DNA of 64,000 nt from Haplodiscus bocki (Eukaryota): contig OZ296652.1 of the NCBI GenBank assembly GCA_965655095.1, positions 70,742,001 through 70,806,000 of the forward strand, in the 5' to 3' direction. Below, one piece after another: positions 51,955-64,000 of the stretch. Position 1 is the first letter of the stretch; each line of letters begins with the position of its first letter. A program made the position numbers and the translations under genes. The notes beneath the pieces are model-generated. The model saw only the letters and a list, made by a program, of their open reading frames with translations. It was not told the origin of the DNA and searched no databases.

Positions 51955-54900
51955 GATCTTTGTTGGAAGAGTATGAATACCGTCTATTCTACAAATGTTT
52001 CAACAGCAACACGACAACGTTTCTTTGGCCTGCTCAGAAGCGGCGACACTATGATTTTTTCATCAGAAGCCATAGTTTATAAATGTTACACTTTCTGTTT
52101 TAGCAAAACTTTCCGGTATTCCGCCGTGGGGAAACATCCATTGGCATCGAAGGTTCTTTTGATTAGCCTTTCGCTGCTGAACTAATACTTGCGGTAGCTA
52201 GAGCTTCAACAGCAGTAAAGGTTACTACATAAACACAACATTTCAGGTGTAAGGAAATTATTCCTTGAACAATCTATGCTCTCTGTTGTGTTGTTTTTCG
52301 CTCTCTACACCACAAACTGAACAGGCAGAGGTATTGCTGGATGAGTCTCTAGTGAGGATGTTGTCATCATTATTGCTTCACAACAAGTCCCTCTCTTGCC
52401 TTTTTTTATCCTCGGATACAACTTTAGTAATTTTCTCCAAGAGTTTTGACTATAGAAAGTCTGCCTCCATCCGCTTCCAACTCCCCGTAATTGTCTCTAC
52501 CGTCAGAGTTTCTAACGGAGTTGTTATAGAACTTCAACATCGTCAAGGTAGCATAATGAAAGGAAAAAAATTCGAAGTGTTTGAATGTTTTCGTTCACTT
52601 TCTAACTCCACCAGTTCCACTTCATAGAGTTGATCGTTGATATGAGCTACGCTCGTGAACACATTGTTGTTGAATGTTGAATGCGTCTTCTCATCCATCA
52701 ATACCTTTGATACGGATTGACTACCATAATTCGTGGAAATAAAACCACAGAAACTGTTGGCAAGGAGTTCCATTGTTTCTGCTACAAAACTGTAATCAGG
52801 ATTTGGTGACCTTGTTGACGAGCAATAAAAGCAGATTGCACGAAGTTGTTGAAGCAATTTACAGGAATATTTTCAACAAATCTTTATGTTTTTTTGAACA
52901 CGAAGTCCAAACCCACACAACAAAGAAGAAACTGAGCAATGATTTTTTCAATCGTCAGCTCAAAGTTGGAGATTGTCTTCGGTTGGGGCTGGCTCAAGTG
53001 TCCTTCCTTCTCCCCAGGTTTTTACTTTCAAGGACCCAATATTGTGTCTGGATACTTTTGTATTTTTGCAATTTGGACGGAGTTTGGCCACTTGTTTTCA
53101 CAAATGCTCACGAACTCGATTATCATAATGTTCATAATTTATTTGTAATTTGTACAAAGAACCTTATTGTAGTTTCTGTTATATTTTATCTAATATCTGT
53201 TCTTCCCTCAGTGGTCTCTCGGAAGAAAACAATTCTCCCGAATTTTGCTTCTATAAGGCATACAACATTTATATTGACCAACCGTCACATTCCTACAACC
53301 CCAAAAAAGCAAAGTTTGCCCTTTTGAACTGATTCCGCATTCCGCTTTTTTCCAACTTTTTTCTCCGATTTGGTTTTCATCTTCTGTTGGAAAGCGTAGT
53401 GCTTCTTAACATGAACAGTAAAAATCAGAACAACCCACGGAGCTAACCACGGCTTCAACCACGGAGCTAAGTGCCCTCAAAAACCGTCTGACTGTAACAA
53501 CCAAACCAATTTCGGAATTTATTTGGTGCAAAAGCTCTCAATATTTGCACCGGTCTGGATCTTTCAGAACAAGACATAACCTTTGCTTGAAAATTTCTGG
53601 TTTTGTTTGTGTTTGACTCTCTGCGAAATTTCGTCATTTTCGTACTTAGTATGGAATCTTATTGGCATGGTCTGACAGAATGAATGAGGCTGAAATTGGA
53701 TGTCATCGATACCAGCAGTTGATTGGCAAAGGTTTGGGGACATGCGAAGAAGAGTCAAATCAACAACACCCAATACATTTTACGTGTAAAAACTATTGAA
53801 GGTCAACCAACTTTGTTTTGCGGTTGTCTTCCCGCAAACTTTCGTTGCATGCTTTGAAGAGCTTAATTACTGCACTGTTAGCTTTGTGGAGAGGAATTTT
53901 GGCGAGATCGGGTAACGCATATCCTTGTTTGAGCAATCCAAAACCGTTCTTGTAACTTGTGATAAAATGCAACCTTTTTGCAAAACTCCGGGAATCGGAA
54001 CAAGGTTTCTGTCAATGTACCACCGCAAAAAATCTTCGAAAATGTGCAACTTTTTTTCGTACAGTATTTTGAACTAATGATAGTTTGCAGCTACAATTGG
54101 TGGTACTTCAACGTGTTTGAGTTTGGTGCTAGCGATTCCTCCAACATTTCTCTCGTGGTGTTTTTCAGACTTTCGATACTCCGTGTAAGAACAGTTGCTT
54201 TTTGTAAATTTCCGCAAAACGACTCAAAAATGGGAAGTTCAATGGAGCTCAAAATGCCGGGGTGCTTGCGTCCTTCAGTGGGAAGGAAAATTTTGCCACT
54301 ATTGCCTTTTAAGCTTTGCGGGAAGAATCAAATATTCGATAGTTTAAGGGGTTGAAAATTGAATATCGTCAAAATTAAAAAAGACAAATTGATTAGCGGT
54401 CTTCTATACAACTGTTTTGACGTGTACTTTATCAAAAAGAATGTGTTGAAAAATGACTTCGCTCAAATGGATATCATTTTTTGCACAAATTAGCCAAGCT
54501 ATCGTCACTGTTTTTCAATATGGGACCCAGTTATCCTGCAAATCAGTTAGTTGACTTCTTTCATTTGTAGAAAACGTGTTTATATATTTTATTCTTCCGG
54601 GGCAGTCCCCTTCGTTATAGATCCCATGGCTGCAAAATTGATTAAAGTTTTGAAGAAATTTTGCAATGTTGCTTCGTTTTGTTGTCGCAATTGGCAAGAT
54701 TTATTTATCTTTCGCGTTTCGATTTGTGGAAAAATATTTTCAAGAGGATCAATGAAAGATGACGTCAAGTCACGAGGGATAACTTTGCAGAAAAAGTTTG
54801 GATCTTCTATAAAAGATTAGATGGCATTAAAACGTAAACTGGTATCAAATTTCCGGTCCATGCTGTAATTTTGGTACCTTCACATTCATAACCTCCCGCG

Positions 54901-56150
54901 CAATTCGAATTAGAATCAAATATAATTTAAATCTTGAAAGTTTTTGTTCATCGGTGTGCCCGCGTAATTGATATCAATAGTTTATATTGTCAGATATTCT
55001 TCCTCTGCGCTGATTATTGTTCTTTGGGAAGAATGCCTAACCCGTTCTCAGCAATTTGTTATATCTCTCTTCAGGTCTCCAGCTCGATTCATCAACTGAG
55101 CACTGGACGTGCAGCAAATCGCCAGGTCGAAACCGTTGATGTTAGAGACATAGAAAGTGTGACTAATGGAACGTAAGAACTGCACAGTGTTGGAATACTT
55201 TTCTATGTTTCCTCTAGCAAGTTTGGCAGCGAAACTTCCTTCCACAAAAGCGATATTGTAGAGAAAAATTGGTTCTGTTCAAGTTTTCAATTATTGGAAT
55301 ATCGTTCACGCAAGCAACTACATTTTTTGCCGCATCTCCATCCTCCATGTTCAGCAGATAGGCGCGAAACAATTCAGAAGTTTCTTTTCTTACTCTGTCA
55401 TTGCCATCGAAGTGGAAAACAATTGCTCTGAAGAGACGTAAATTACCGTTGTATGCTTTTTTTGATGCTTTTTCCCAAGGTTACTCTATTGACTCAAGGA
55501 TTTTTGCTGAGTGCATCTCGCGAAACTGCAATTTTTTCGTCTCTTAGGAACTTCCATGAGTAAAGGAGCAAAAATTGTCAAGTTCAAAAGCTTGTAAAGG
55601 TTCCCATTTATGTTTGTCAATTCGGATGCGCAGGATTCATCACCATCAACATTGCTCAGCAAAATCTTGATTTTGAGAAACCTTCTTTTGTAGCCACGCG
55701 CTTAGACACATCAGACAGTGTAATTCATTCATGTGCATATTATTACCATCAACTGCCATCATCTACAACTTTGAGGAAAAAAGCCATATGCTACATTCAA
55801 CTTCGCTGTAGATACGACGAAACCAAACATTACAACCAAATTTTTTTTCAAGAAAAGCTTAGGGAATCCATTGGAAGTTGAAGAATTCTTGTCTCCCATT
55901 CCCTATCTCAAAATTGACTAGGAATTTTTTGCACAACCAGGTTTCTTCTGCAAGCTATCGTTGTCTCTCTCATCGATTTCATGTTTAATATCGAAACATT
56001 TTAACATTTTGCTTCTGATGTACATTTTGCTCCATGATTCTTTCGTCTGGTTAATGGCAAGAAATTAAAACTGGGGAAGTCTTTACCTGCCAATGTTGTT
56101 CGACGCGATTGAGCAAAACTTGTCTGTTTCAAGAACTTTTAAATCCATCT
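51955..56150 (-). pseudogene. Protein-primed family B DNA polymerase (pPolB) pseudogene
   Basis: Colinear blocks: AKLARGNIEKYSNTVQFLR...FYVSNIN (55048-55245); FEDFLRWYIDRNLVP (exonuclease III, 53867-54049); CQSTAGIDDIQFQPHSFCQTMP (motif A, cf. D.NSLYP, 53564-53773); VAETMELLANSFCG (motif B, cf. K...NS.YG) and DQLYEVELV (52543-52857); then MLCLCSNLYCC and DGIHTLP at the C-terminus. Confidence 0.9.
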
Positions 56151-57299
56151 GGGAGGTTGTCAGGAAGTTTGGCGTTTGATCACAGCAAAATTCTCCAGCT
56201 GAATATCTTTTCCTATATCGTACAAATATAAATCTGGTAGTTTGTTTTCCACAATTTTCACTTGCATTTTTTTCACATAACTGAGCAAATTCAACAAAGT
56301 TCGTTCAACAGAGGATTTTGAAGTAAGCATAACGATTAAATCATCTGCACTGTAGCAAGGGAAAATAAATCTTGACAACGGCATTAAAGCCAGTGGTAAT
56401 CACTCATTTTAACCATAAACGGAGAGGCAATAGGAAAAAAGTTTGTTCCACGTGAAAACAAGAGGAGCTGTCAAACTGTTCTTTAATCTTCAAAGTTGCC
56501 AACTGGTCACGAAAAAAAAACTTTTTGCAGGAAATCTTTCATCTTCTGAAGCGGGGGCGTATTGTCTGAGATAATTAGTGAATGGAATCAAGTGACCCGT
56601 TAAAGCACTAGCCTGTCTGAGAAAATTTTTCAAAAAGGAAATTTCTTCTGAGAGGGATACACGTTTTTTAGAGAAAGTTTTCAAAGGGAACACCTCCAAC
56701 TTACAAGGAGACGAGTTGTCTAAAAAATCACTGAAATAAAACGAATTCCTCTAAATGCGAGGTTACTTGTCCCACAGAGTAATTTTGTTTATCATTCTTC
56801 TTTTCGCCTCAATTGCCAAACAAAAGGGACTTCCACAGGAGCTGCAGTAAATGAATTTTTTACAATGTCTGTAGTGTAGCTGTTAGGAATTTCAGATTCG
56901 CGCGATTAGCGGCGTTCGCCTTTACACTACTTCTTGACCAAGTGAATGCATCAACATCTTTAACGACTCCACCACATCTTTAACTTCCAAAAAACTAAAA
57001 ACTTCGGTGCAAAACAAGATAATTAACTCTGAATAGTTCGACTAAAGTTGTTACCGTTGTTTGAAATCGAAACTTTTAAGAAACCGCACCACTTTTGCCA
57101 ATACACCAACGGAAAAATCCAATAGAGAAAGTTGGGTGACTAAAAGCTATTGATGTCTGTCAAAAAACTAATTCCGAATTCATGCGAACAGTTTTCATTT
57201 TCGAAAAGAAAAGCCAGACAAATATTGGACAAAATCGACGTTGATAGTTGTTTTCTTTTCCCAAAAACTTTCGTATTCCCACTTGTTGCATCGAATTGC

Positions 57300-57660
57300 A
57301 CGAACTAGCAATGTCTCCGACAAAACAATTTTCCAACAAAGTTATTCCATTTTTGGGATTCGGAGACAGAGCGGCGTTATATCCTCAAAAAACATGTGAT
57401 TTTTTCCGATTGAAAGCCTACCTGTTTGCTTACACGACTCTTTGCGCGAATTTTCCAATGGTTTTGATCAGGCTAACAAAAGTTCACAGGATCGACTGCC
57501 GAAAACCAAAACTGAAACTGTCTCTACAAAATCAAAAAAGCAACCGCATAGCTCATTGGTACAAAAATTTATCATTGAAGGTTGAAACAGAATTTTTTTC
57601 ATCGTTTTGTTTTGAAAGCAACGAATCATACATTCATTGTAATAAAACTTTGAACTACTT
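57300..57660 (+). pseudogene. Possible N-terminal part of the Polinton integrase
   Basis: AALYPQKTCDFFRLKAYLFAYTTLCANFP in ORF 57248-57682 weakly resembles GLS..KV..FL..K.SYT.Y....R.FP. The call depends mainly on context. Confidence 0.3.
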
Positions 57661-57689
57661 TGTAGTCAGTTTTCTCCTATAGGAGGTGT

Positions 57690-58080
57690 CAATCTTAACC
57701 ATTGCAAAATAGACCACCTCTACAAGAACAAACATTACGTAGCAAAAGAGCGTGCAAAAGCTGAGAGCGGTTAAGATGTCAAGCACGGCTGATCTTGTTT
57801 CTGTAACAAAAATAGCTTCTTTATTCTGATTGGGAACGTAACTGTTCGTAAAAATTTGTGTGCCCGGAAAAATGGCGTGCACCAAAATTTTTTATTCCTC
57901 TCGACAGCTGCGATTAACAATGCCCGGATTGTGCGTGTACGTGCAAGCTTCGCATTGTTTACTTCGACAAGTAAACTGACTTGTTTCTCTTAATGTCCGA
58001 CCCGGGGCTTGTAATTTTTTAAAAGAGATGCAGAAGACATCTAAAAACGTTATTGGAGATTCGTTTTTTGTACTGGCAGT
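57690..58080 (-). pseudogene. Adenovirus-type (adenain-like) cysteine protease remnant
   Basis: The order FLDVF...IVNRSCREE*..VHAIFPGTQIFTNSY...AVLDILTALSFCTLFCY matches F.GVF...IVNT.....G.HW.A......FFDSYG...Q.....CG.YC.YF. Confidence 0.5.
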
Positions 58081-58119
58081 TGCTAAGACAGGCGCAAGTG
58101 TGTCTATGTTGAAACATCG

Positions 58120-58950
58120 GAAGAACATGATAAGACAACATGACGAACTTGGTGAATATCCGCAATAAGGTGCGTGCCGTCAAGTTTTGAAGTTCCTTTC
58201 AAGGATCAAAAACCGACAATCCGTTTTTTCCTTGTGATGGAGAATTTCATTTTGCCAGGAAGACTAGTAGCGACTACGAAGAAAAACCGTCCACTTTGCT
58301 ACAAAAACATCTCCGCCAGTCACAACCAGCGAATCCCAACCTATGAAAAAAGGCCGAAGTTACTCCGTTCTTTACATAACCGTGTCGAGCTTTCATTGTT
58401 TGATAAAATGAGCCAAATTTTCAAACTAGGAATAGATTCAGTTTTCGTGACCATGAAATATCCCGTCCAGGAAAAAAAACAAAGTTCTCAATAAAGTCTT
58501 CTTCCACCATTCAATTTTTTGTCCGAACAAAAAAGTTTTAGGACAATCAGTTGGTGCGAATCATAATCAATTGCCGCCAGGAAGGAATACATGGATTGAT
58601 GGAGGAGTTTCTTCCTATTCATGGAGCGCATGTCATGGAAACCATTGGCTCCGAACGATCAAACCATGATGATACTGAAACCTTCTGGAAAAATCCTCAG
58701 TAAGGAGTTGTTGCTGTCTTTGGTGCAAGGAAGGATTCACCATTCTCCCCAACTGTGAATGACGGTTTTGACATAGGTGCATCAGTATAAAACCATACTT
58801 TTACCTGATGACGAGAATGACGAGGAAAATTTGCCACCCAAAACTCCAGGATCTGAGAGGCCAACTTGGACCCTGGTGCTGCTGAGAAATCGTCCAATTG
58901 AAACTAGAATTGAATATATTCTTGTTGATGGCTACAGAAACTTGTTTCAA
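58120..58950 (-). pseudogene. Probable Polinton major capsid protein C-terminal remnant
   Basis: FYQTMKARHGYVKNGVTSAFFHRLGFAGCDW (~58410-58320) resembles the MCP segment Y..TMKAL......GI....F......FDL. It lies directly upstream of the protease. Confidence 0.4.
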
Positions 58951-61149
58951 TAAAAATTACTCTATATGATTTCGTTGTGGAATATATTTGAAAACTTTCG
59001 ATTTATCCTAAACTTATCTAAAAACCGGTCACAAAAGTGTTTATTCTGCTATCCTTACTCTCATTAGTAGCAAATGTTTTTAATATACCAATTCCTTGGT
59101 AATAAAAGGTTCCGGACACCACAGAAGAATCAAAAATCAGATTCCATTTGAAAATAAGTAAAGGAACTGTTGTTTAAACGACGAATGTTTCAGTTTAATT
59201 GATGACAATTTTGTAAAAAGAGGTTGCCTATGGTGGTGGTGTAGTCCAAAAAAATATATGAAGTTTAAGTGGTTGAAACAGGTTAGAACCTTGAAAACCC
59301 CAAAAAAAATGATTCGAAAGTTTACACAGTGTAAAACGTTTATTTCAAATAAAGATATTTTGGAGAAACTTTAGTTCAAAGTCTGATTTTTTCAAAAGGT
59401 TACTGCGTCAGAATCGTATTCATAGATGAAGCATGAATATATGGAAAAGGAGGTTTTTCGACTTAAAATGAGTCAAAACGTTGTTTTTGAATGTAAATTT
59501 TTTCTTTCAACTTTGAATACTTTTCAAAAATTTTCCTATTTTGAAATCTGCAGCGCTTTAAGAATTACATCAAAACCTGACCCCTTGCGTTAAGGTTGAT
59601 ACAAAAAATGGCGGGTTGCAAAAAATTGCAATCAACTTTTGACGCAAGGTGAAACTTTTGTTTCAAAAAGTGACGTGTTGTAAAAGAAATTGGTTCAAAT
59701 TTTAGGATTCTTCATTCAGAATCTGATGCTATGTGAAAAATTTAACCTCAGGCTTGATTCTCAACTTTTTTTTACGTGTCTCGCTGAATGATCAATGCTC
59801 CAGTGTAGACTTGGTAACAAAACAAGGTAACAACAGAAAGTGGAAAAATATCTTTTTTGAGTGGGTGGCTCGTGTTGTTCGAACGATTGAAGGTCATTTT
59901 TATTGGGCGCCATTTCTTTCTTTTGCTTCTGGCTTTCTTTATTGGCAATCGGTTTTTCAACACCATTAGTCTTGTACATATTGCAATTGGTTGCAAACAG
60001 TAGTCAATTTTTGAAGACGTTTTTTCAAAATTCAGCAAATTAGTGGTTAATTTACCAAAACCTTGTAGAAAACAACCTGTTTTTTTGTCACAGATCAGAT
60101 GTAGTCTTTTTATAACTTATGCAGGTTTTTCTGCAAGGAGTGATCCACTGGTACGTGTTGGTGCAGTCTTTCAAACAAGCTAGGAACACGTTTTCTTTAC
60201 CATTTCATCAAGATCTTTGTTGTGCCGTTCCAGCTTTTCAGCCCAAATCTGTGTTTCCTCAAAAAAATGGACTGCTCTCTGCAAAATCTTAAACCTTTGT
60301 CCATTGTTGGCAAATTTTTTGCCGATGAACGGATACTTGAAGAGTGTTTCTACACAACCCAAGCGTTAGTTGGTTAAATGGAAATCCTCCTTTTTCTGTA
60401 AACGTTCTAAAGTGCCTCCTATTTGCAATCTGAGTCTTTTGCATTTCGGTCAGAAATTCATCTTTTGATCATGGAGAGCAAAATGGTACTATCGACTCAC
60501 AATGTATTTTTTGTATAAATTAGCAGAAACAGGTAAACTCTTTCCCTAATATTTTGCTTAAAAACTGGGAGTCGCTTGAAACATAACAGTGGCCGTCTGA
60601 TTGTTGAAGAGGTTTCATCGAGAAATGAGTATGAAAAACAAAATATGATTTATAAATGCGAGAGCATGTTCTCAAGTAAGACGATCATTATTTGGGAAGA
60701 GACAGTTCGATGGCCAAAAACAGGAAAAACTTCCTGCAAAGGAATTGCCACGTAGCGATGACAACGATAAAACATTAGCAAGTATACAAAAGGAAAATAT
60801 CAGCAGCAATCTGGTTGTTGAAGAAGTTTCTGAAGACTTGATTGTGAAAGAAAGAGCTTTCAATACTTTTTACAAGAACACCAAAAACGGAACAGGTTCC
60901 TTATTTGAAAACAAGCGTTTTCATTGACCAACACAAGAAAGAGTCTCTTTTCACGAAATGTCAAATGTAGATAACCAAATAAACTATGCCGGATTAACAA
61001 TTTTCAACTTTGAGTCTCAAAATAGCAGTATTCCTTTGAGCTACCAGCTTGTTTTTTCAACTATCAAAACCCATGGCTCGAAAGACTACTGCTCCCATAA
61101 GCTAATTTGCACCAACTTAACCATGAACGTTTGTTGGAGGCCAAGACGG

Positions 61150-62150
61150 ATTATGACTTTTTTTTGGTCCAAAAAGACTGCCTTTCGTTGAACGTTTAAC
61201 ACAAAGTCCTTAAAACGGATGATAACATATTGTATCGACAGGTACAATTTCCTACGATGAAGCGGAAGACTTTGACCAGTTTGGGAAACTACGAAAACAG
61301 CTAGTTGTTGCAGCAGAAGACATTAGCAGAGAAGAATCTTGTCTCTCGTGCAGATGGCAGCACTGTCCATTGAAATGGATGAAAACACGAAATTTACTCA
61401 CTCACAAAGTGGTTGATGCTGTGGGTTTTGTAGACAAAAGATTTTGTGTGTTTCCGTTGCGCTACGATTTGGTCAATTGAGAGAGTTCATGTGCTCAAAT
61501 CTAAATTATTGCAAGTAAAACGAGGGAAGGAGTGTTCCAAAAAGTCTGAATGTGGAATATAAACATGATGAAGTTATAAATGTCCTTTATCTTTTGATTT
61601 CTGTAAGAGATAAAACTATTTTTCATCAACCCAATTGTATTTTTCTAGGACAACTAGTGGCAGCTGCTCGCTCTACTTTTTTCTCTTCCAGTTAGGATGA
61701 GTTGCAACATCGGAGATTTCGAGAAACAACTTTCTCAAGTTGAAATGAAAAATGGACTTTTTCTTGTTGAACTGACAAATCCCCAATTTTTAATCCACAA
61801 AACATACATAAACTGTGGTTGAAATGCCAACAAATGGCTGACCCCAGAGAAGCAAAGTCTTGCTTAAAACTGACAAAGTAAAACTTCAGAGGAAAAGATT
61901 TTGATCATTTCAAAAACATTTTAGAAATATTGAACATTCTTTTGTACCGCCACCGAAACTTTTCATGCCTCAGAGTTGATGCAATCTATCTAGACTTCAC
62001 AGAATACCGAAAACTCGTGGCAATAAGTGTGCAACTATTGAATTATACCGACATAATTTTGCAGCAGTGTTTTGTATTTTGCGAAGCAACCGTTCAAAAA
62101 TGAATCAACCGTAATCAAGAATGGATGTTCTTATTCTAAGGAGCACTTTT
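61150..62150 (+). pseudogene. Degraded Gypsy RT-RNase H fragment
   Basis: GFCRQKILCVSVALRFGQ (~61425; cf. AF.T..G.YE..RMPFGL) and LRVDAIY (~61970; cf. L..DAS). Confidence 0.25.
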
Positions 62151-62699
62151 GGATACTACTCTGGATAAAAATTGTCGTTTGAAAACTTTTGTGTTCGCAG
62201 ACACCTATTTCCCTGTACGTTCAAATGTTGAAAATATAGAACTTTCATAGGTCACGTGAACGCAAAAAAACCTTTTCTGGAATCAGTGGTTATAGAGACT
62301 GGTAAATGGACTTTAACTTTTCCTACTCTCGAGCATTTAGACTAGATTCAAAAAGATATGACGCTGCTGGGGCAATAGAAGGACAGACTTGCAAACGATG
62401 TGGCTACTGTTACTCGATTGGACGAGGGCCAAAATCAGGTTTGCTTGGTCACGTGACTGGACTTTTCTTTTGTTTTACGTCGAAGTTTTTCAACCTGCAT
62501 TTTTCGCTTTCTCAAATTTCCTTATCGTTTGTCTCAAGTTTTCTTGGAGAATGACTTTCAAGGTGAAACTTTTTTTAAGGTGTTAAGAGTTTTTATAGAT
62601 TGGATTGTTCAATGATACACATTTTGACCACCAAAAAAATACGAACCAGCAAAACAAACAGTTGGTTGTACAGAATTATGTGTGGAAATGCTTGGAACA

Positions 62700-63400
62700 G
62701 TGGACGTTTGTATTACAGTAAGCTCCCAAACATACTTCCTAACGAGGTAAAAGTTTATTATTCTGCAAATGCGTTAAAAAACAGAAGATTTCCAGGAATT
62801 CAAGTGACAAAAATTTTTCAGTTTTGCCGTTTGCCAATTTATGGCTGGTCAAAGTTCAGAGACCTTCTAGGTCCCAAAGCCCACAGAGAAATGTGGAATA
62901 ATCAAATTAACCATTCCAGCACAAAACCATCGTTCACACTGCACAACCCAAGTCAGCATTTTTTGGTGGATGGACTAAACAGTATTTGATATTTGAACTT
63001 CGTAATGTGTAATGCGATATATACTGTCTGTGTCTACGTAAAAAATTCCTTCCAATTTTTTGTCGTTTTTTTCAAGAATTTTTATTGACACACCTAGCGT
63101 GCAAGGCAGTAGACTGCTGAAAAAAAAACAAAAATTGAGGCAAAATTTCAGTGGCGAGAACGGTGAGGAAAATAACTGAAGGTTTGTTTGAGACAAGCTT
63201 GTTCCAAGCCTCAGAACGTTTTTTGTCCAGACTTTCTGTCATTTTTTGGATTCAACCTTGTTTACCCGATTTCTATGCCAGTGCATAATAAGTCTGTTCA
63301 ATAGAAACCTGCAAAGCATAACAGAAACAACATGTAGCTAGAAATCGAAAAACGTTTCTTTCTTTATATCTAGTAAGAACACTTTGGAAGCAGACAAATA
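62700..63400 (-). pseudogene. Second, distinct PolB fragment (Polinton-type)
   Basis: KLEGIFYVDTDSIY (motif C, ORF 62975-63196) is preceded by MLCRFLLNRL (motif B-like) and followed by HISLWALGPRR and LANGKTE (cf. ITEFVSLGPK.Y, NGKT.CKVKG). Confidence 0.55.
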
Positions 63401-64000
63401 ACGTTTTGGCATGAAAAAATGCTCAGACCTCATGAAAATCTTTACTTTATACGTCATTAACTATTTTTTTTGACAAGGAGGACTTTGTTCTTGTCACTAC
63501 TTCTGCGTGTAACGACAGTTTCACTTCGCAAGCAAATACGAGGAAGAAACTTTCAATTGTCACACTCAAAAAAGTACCACGTACTGAATTGATTCGCTGA
63601 CAAATGAAATATACAGCAATAGTTTTGCCAAGACTGACTTAATATAGGTATTCATGTGTCCTGGTCTTGCTTTAGGTTTTCAGGTTTACAATCAAAAAAT
63701 TTCGATGGTGTAGAAAGTGGATTTTGCTGTGAAAGGTTTACAACAACTGCGTGCTAAAAACGCAGAAGTTCAGGACGTTCACTTTACTTCACTCCTAGCA
63801 GCTAGTATTCCTCCAACACTAATTTTGAATCGGGAGGATGCGTGGTCACTTTTAAAAAAGTAACGTGAGAAGGTGCAAAAAGTGAACAGAGATTGGTGCA
63901 GCTCTTGCGTCTGTACACTTTATATTGAAAACTGGCAATCTACCATTAAAAAAGGCCGCATGAATTTTGCATTGACAGACCTCCTGTACAAAATCTACAC

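Larger units (their letters stand above)
51950..58950 (-). mobile_element. Polinton/Maverick (adintovirus-like) endogenous element, decayed and partial
   Basis: A protein-primed PolB is clustered with protease-, capsid- and integrase-like remnants. No TIRs were recognised. Confidence 0.8.

Noticed and set aside
52773-53327. 184-aa plus-strand ORF (longest in the track) as a real gene
   Set aside because: It is the antisense shadow of the pPolB pseudogene and has no recognisable motif.
58697-58897. Helitron Rep motif (ILEFW...VWFYTDAP)
   Set aside because: The HUH histidines and EFQ.RG motif are not convincingly present. The segment lies in line with the capsid-like remnant, so it is left unassigned within the Polinton.
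61970-62010. LINE RT motif VDAIYLDF
   Set aside because: No KAFD follows and no other LINE motifs are present. A decayed Gypsy RNase H DAS motif explains it equally well.

Overview
AT-rich eukaryotic, almost certainly invertebrate animal, DNA. The only clearly intact coding sequence is an exon with three LDL-receptor class A repeats at 1-383 (+). No further exon of that gene was recognised, and the remaining ~63.5 kb is a mosaic of old, heavily decayed mobile elements. The main ones are: (i) a ~10.5 kb Ty3/Gypsy provirus at 25017-35576 with two ~720-bp LTRs, RT and integrase, a class I fusion env (furin site RNPR followed by an Ala/Gly fusion peptide), and a 3' region carrying an apparently spliced, intron-containing accessory gene; (ii) a Polinton/Maverick (adintovirus-like) fossil at ~51950-58950 with a near full-length decayed protein-primed PolB plus probable protease, capsid and integrase remnants, and a second, different PolB fragment near 63 kb; (iii) a Gypsy LTR+gag fossil at 14125-16060 whose gag frame seems to start inside the LTR; (iv) many Gypsy pol fragments; (v) non-autonomous DNA elements built from short motifs, including a CTTGCAAG MITE with TIRs and an element with a 10-bp/100-bp periodic array; (vi) Helentron-like elements, one type carrying two tandem tRNA-like heads; (vii) a compact decayed multi-exon gene at ~45.8-47.4 kb. 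All protein assignments come from motif recognition by eye across frameshifts and stops. No searches were run, and boundaries of decayed fragments are approximate.
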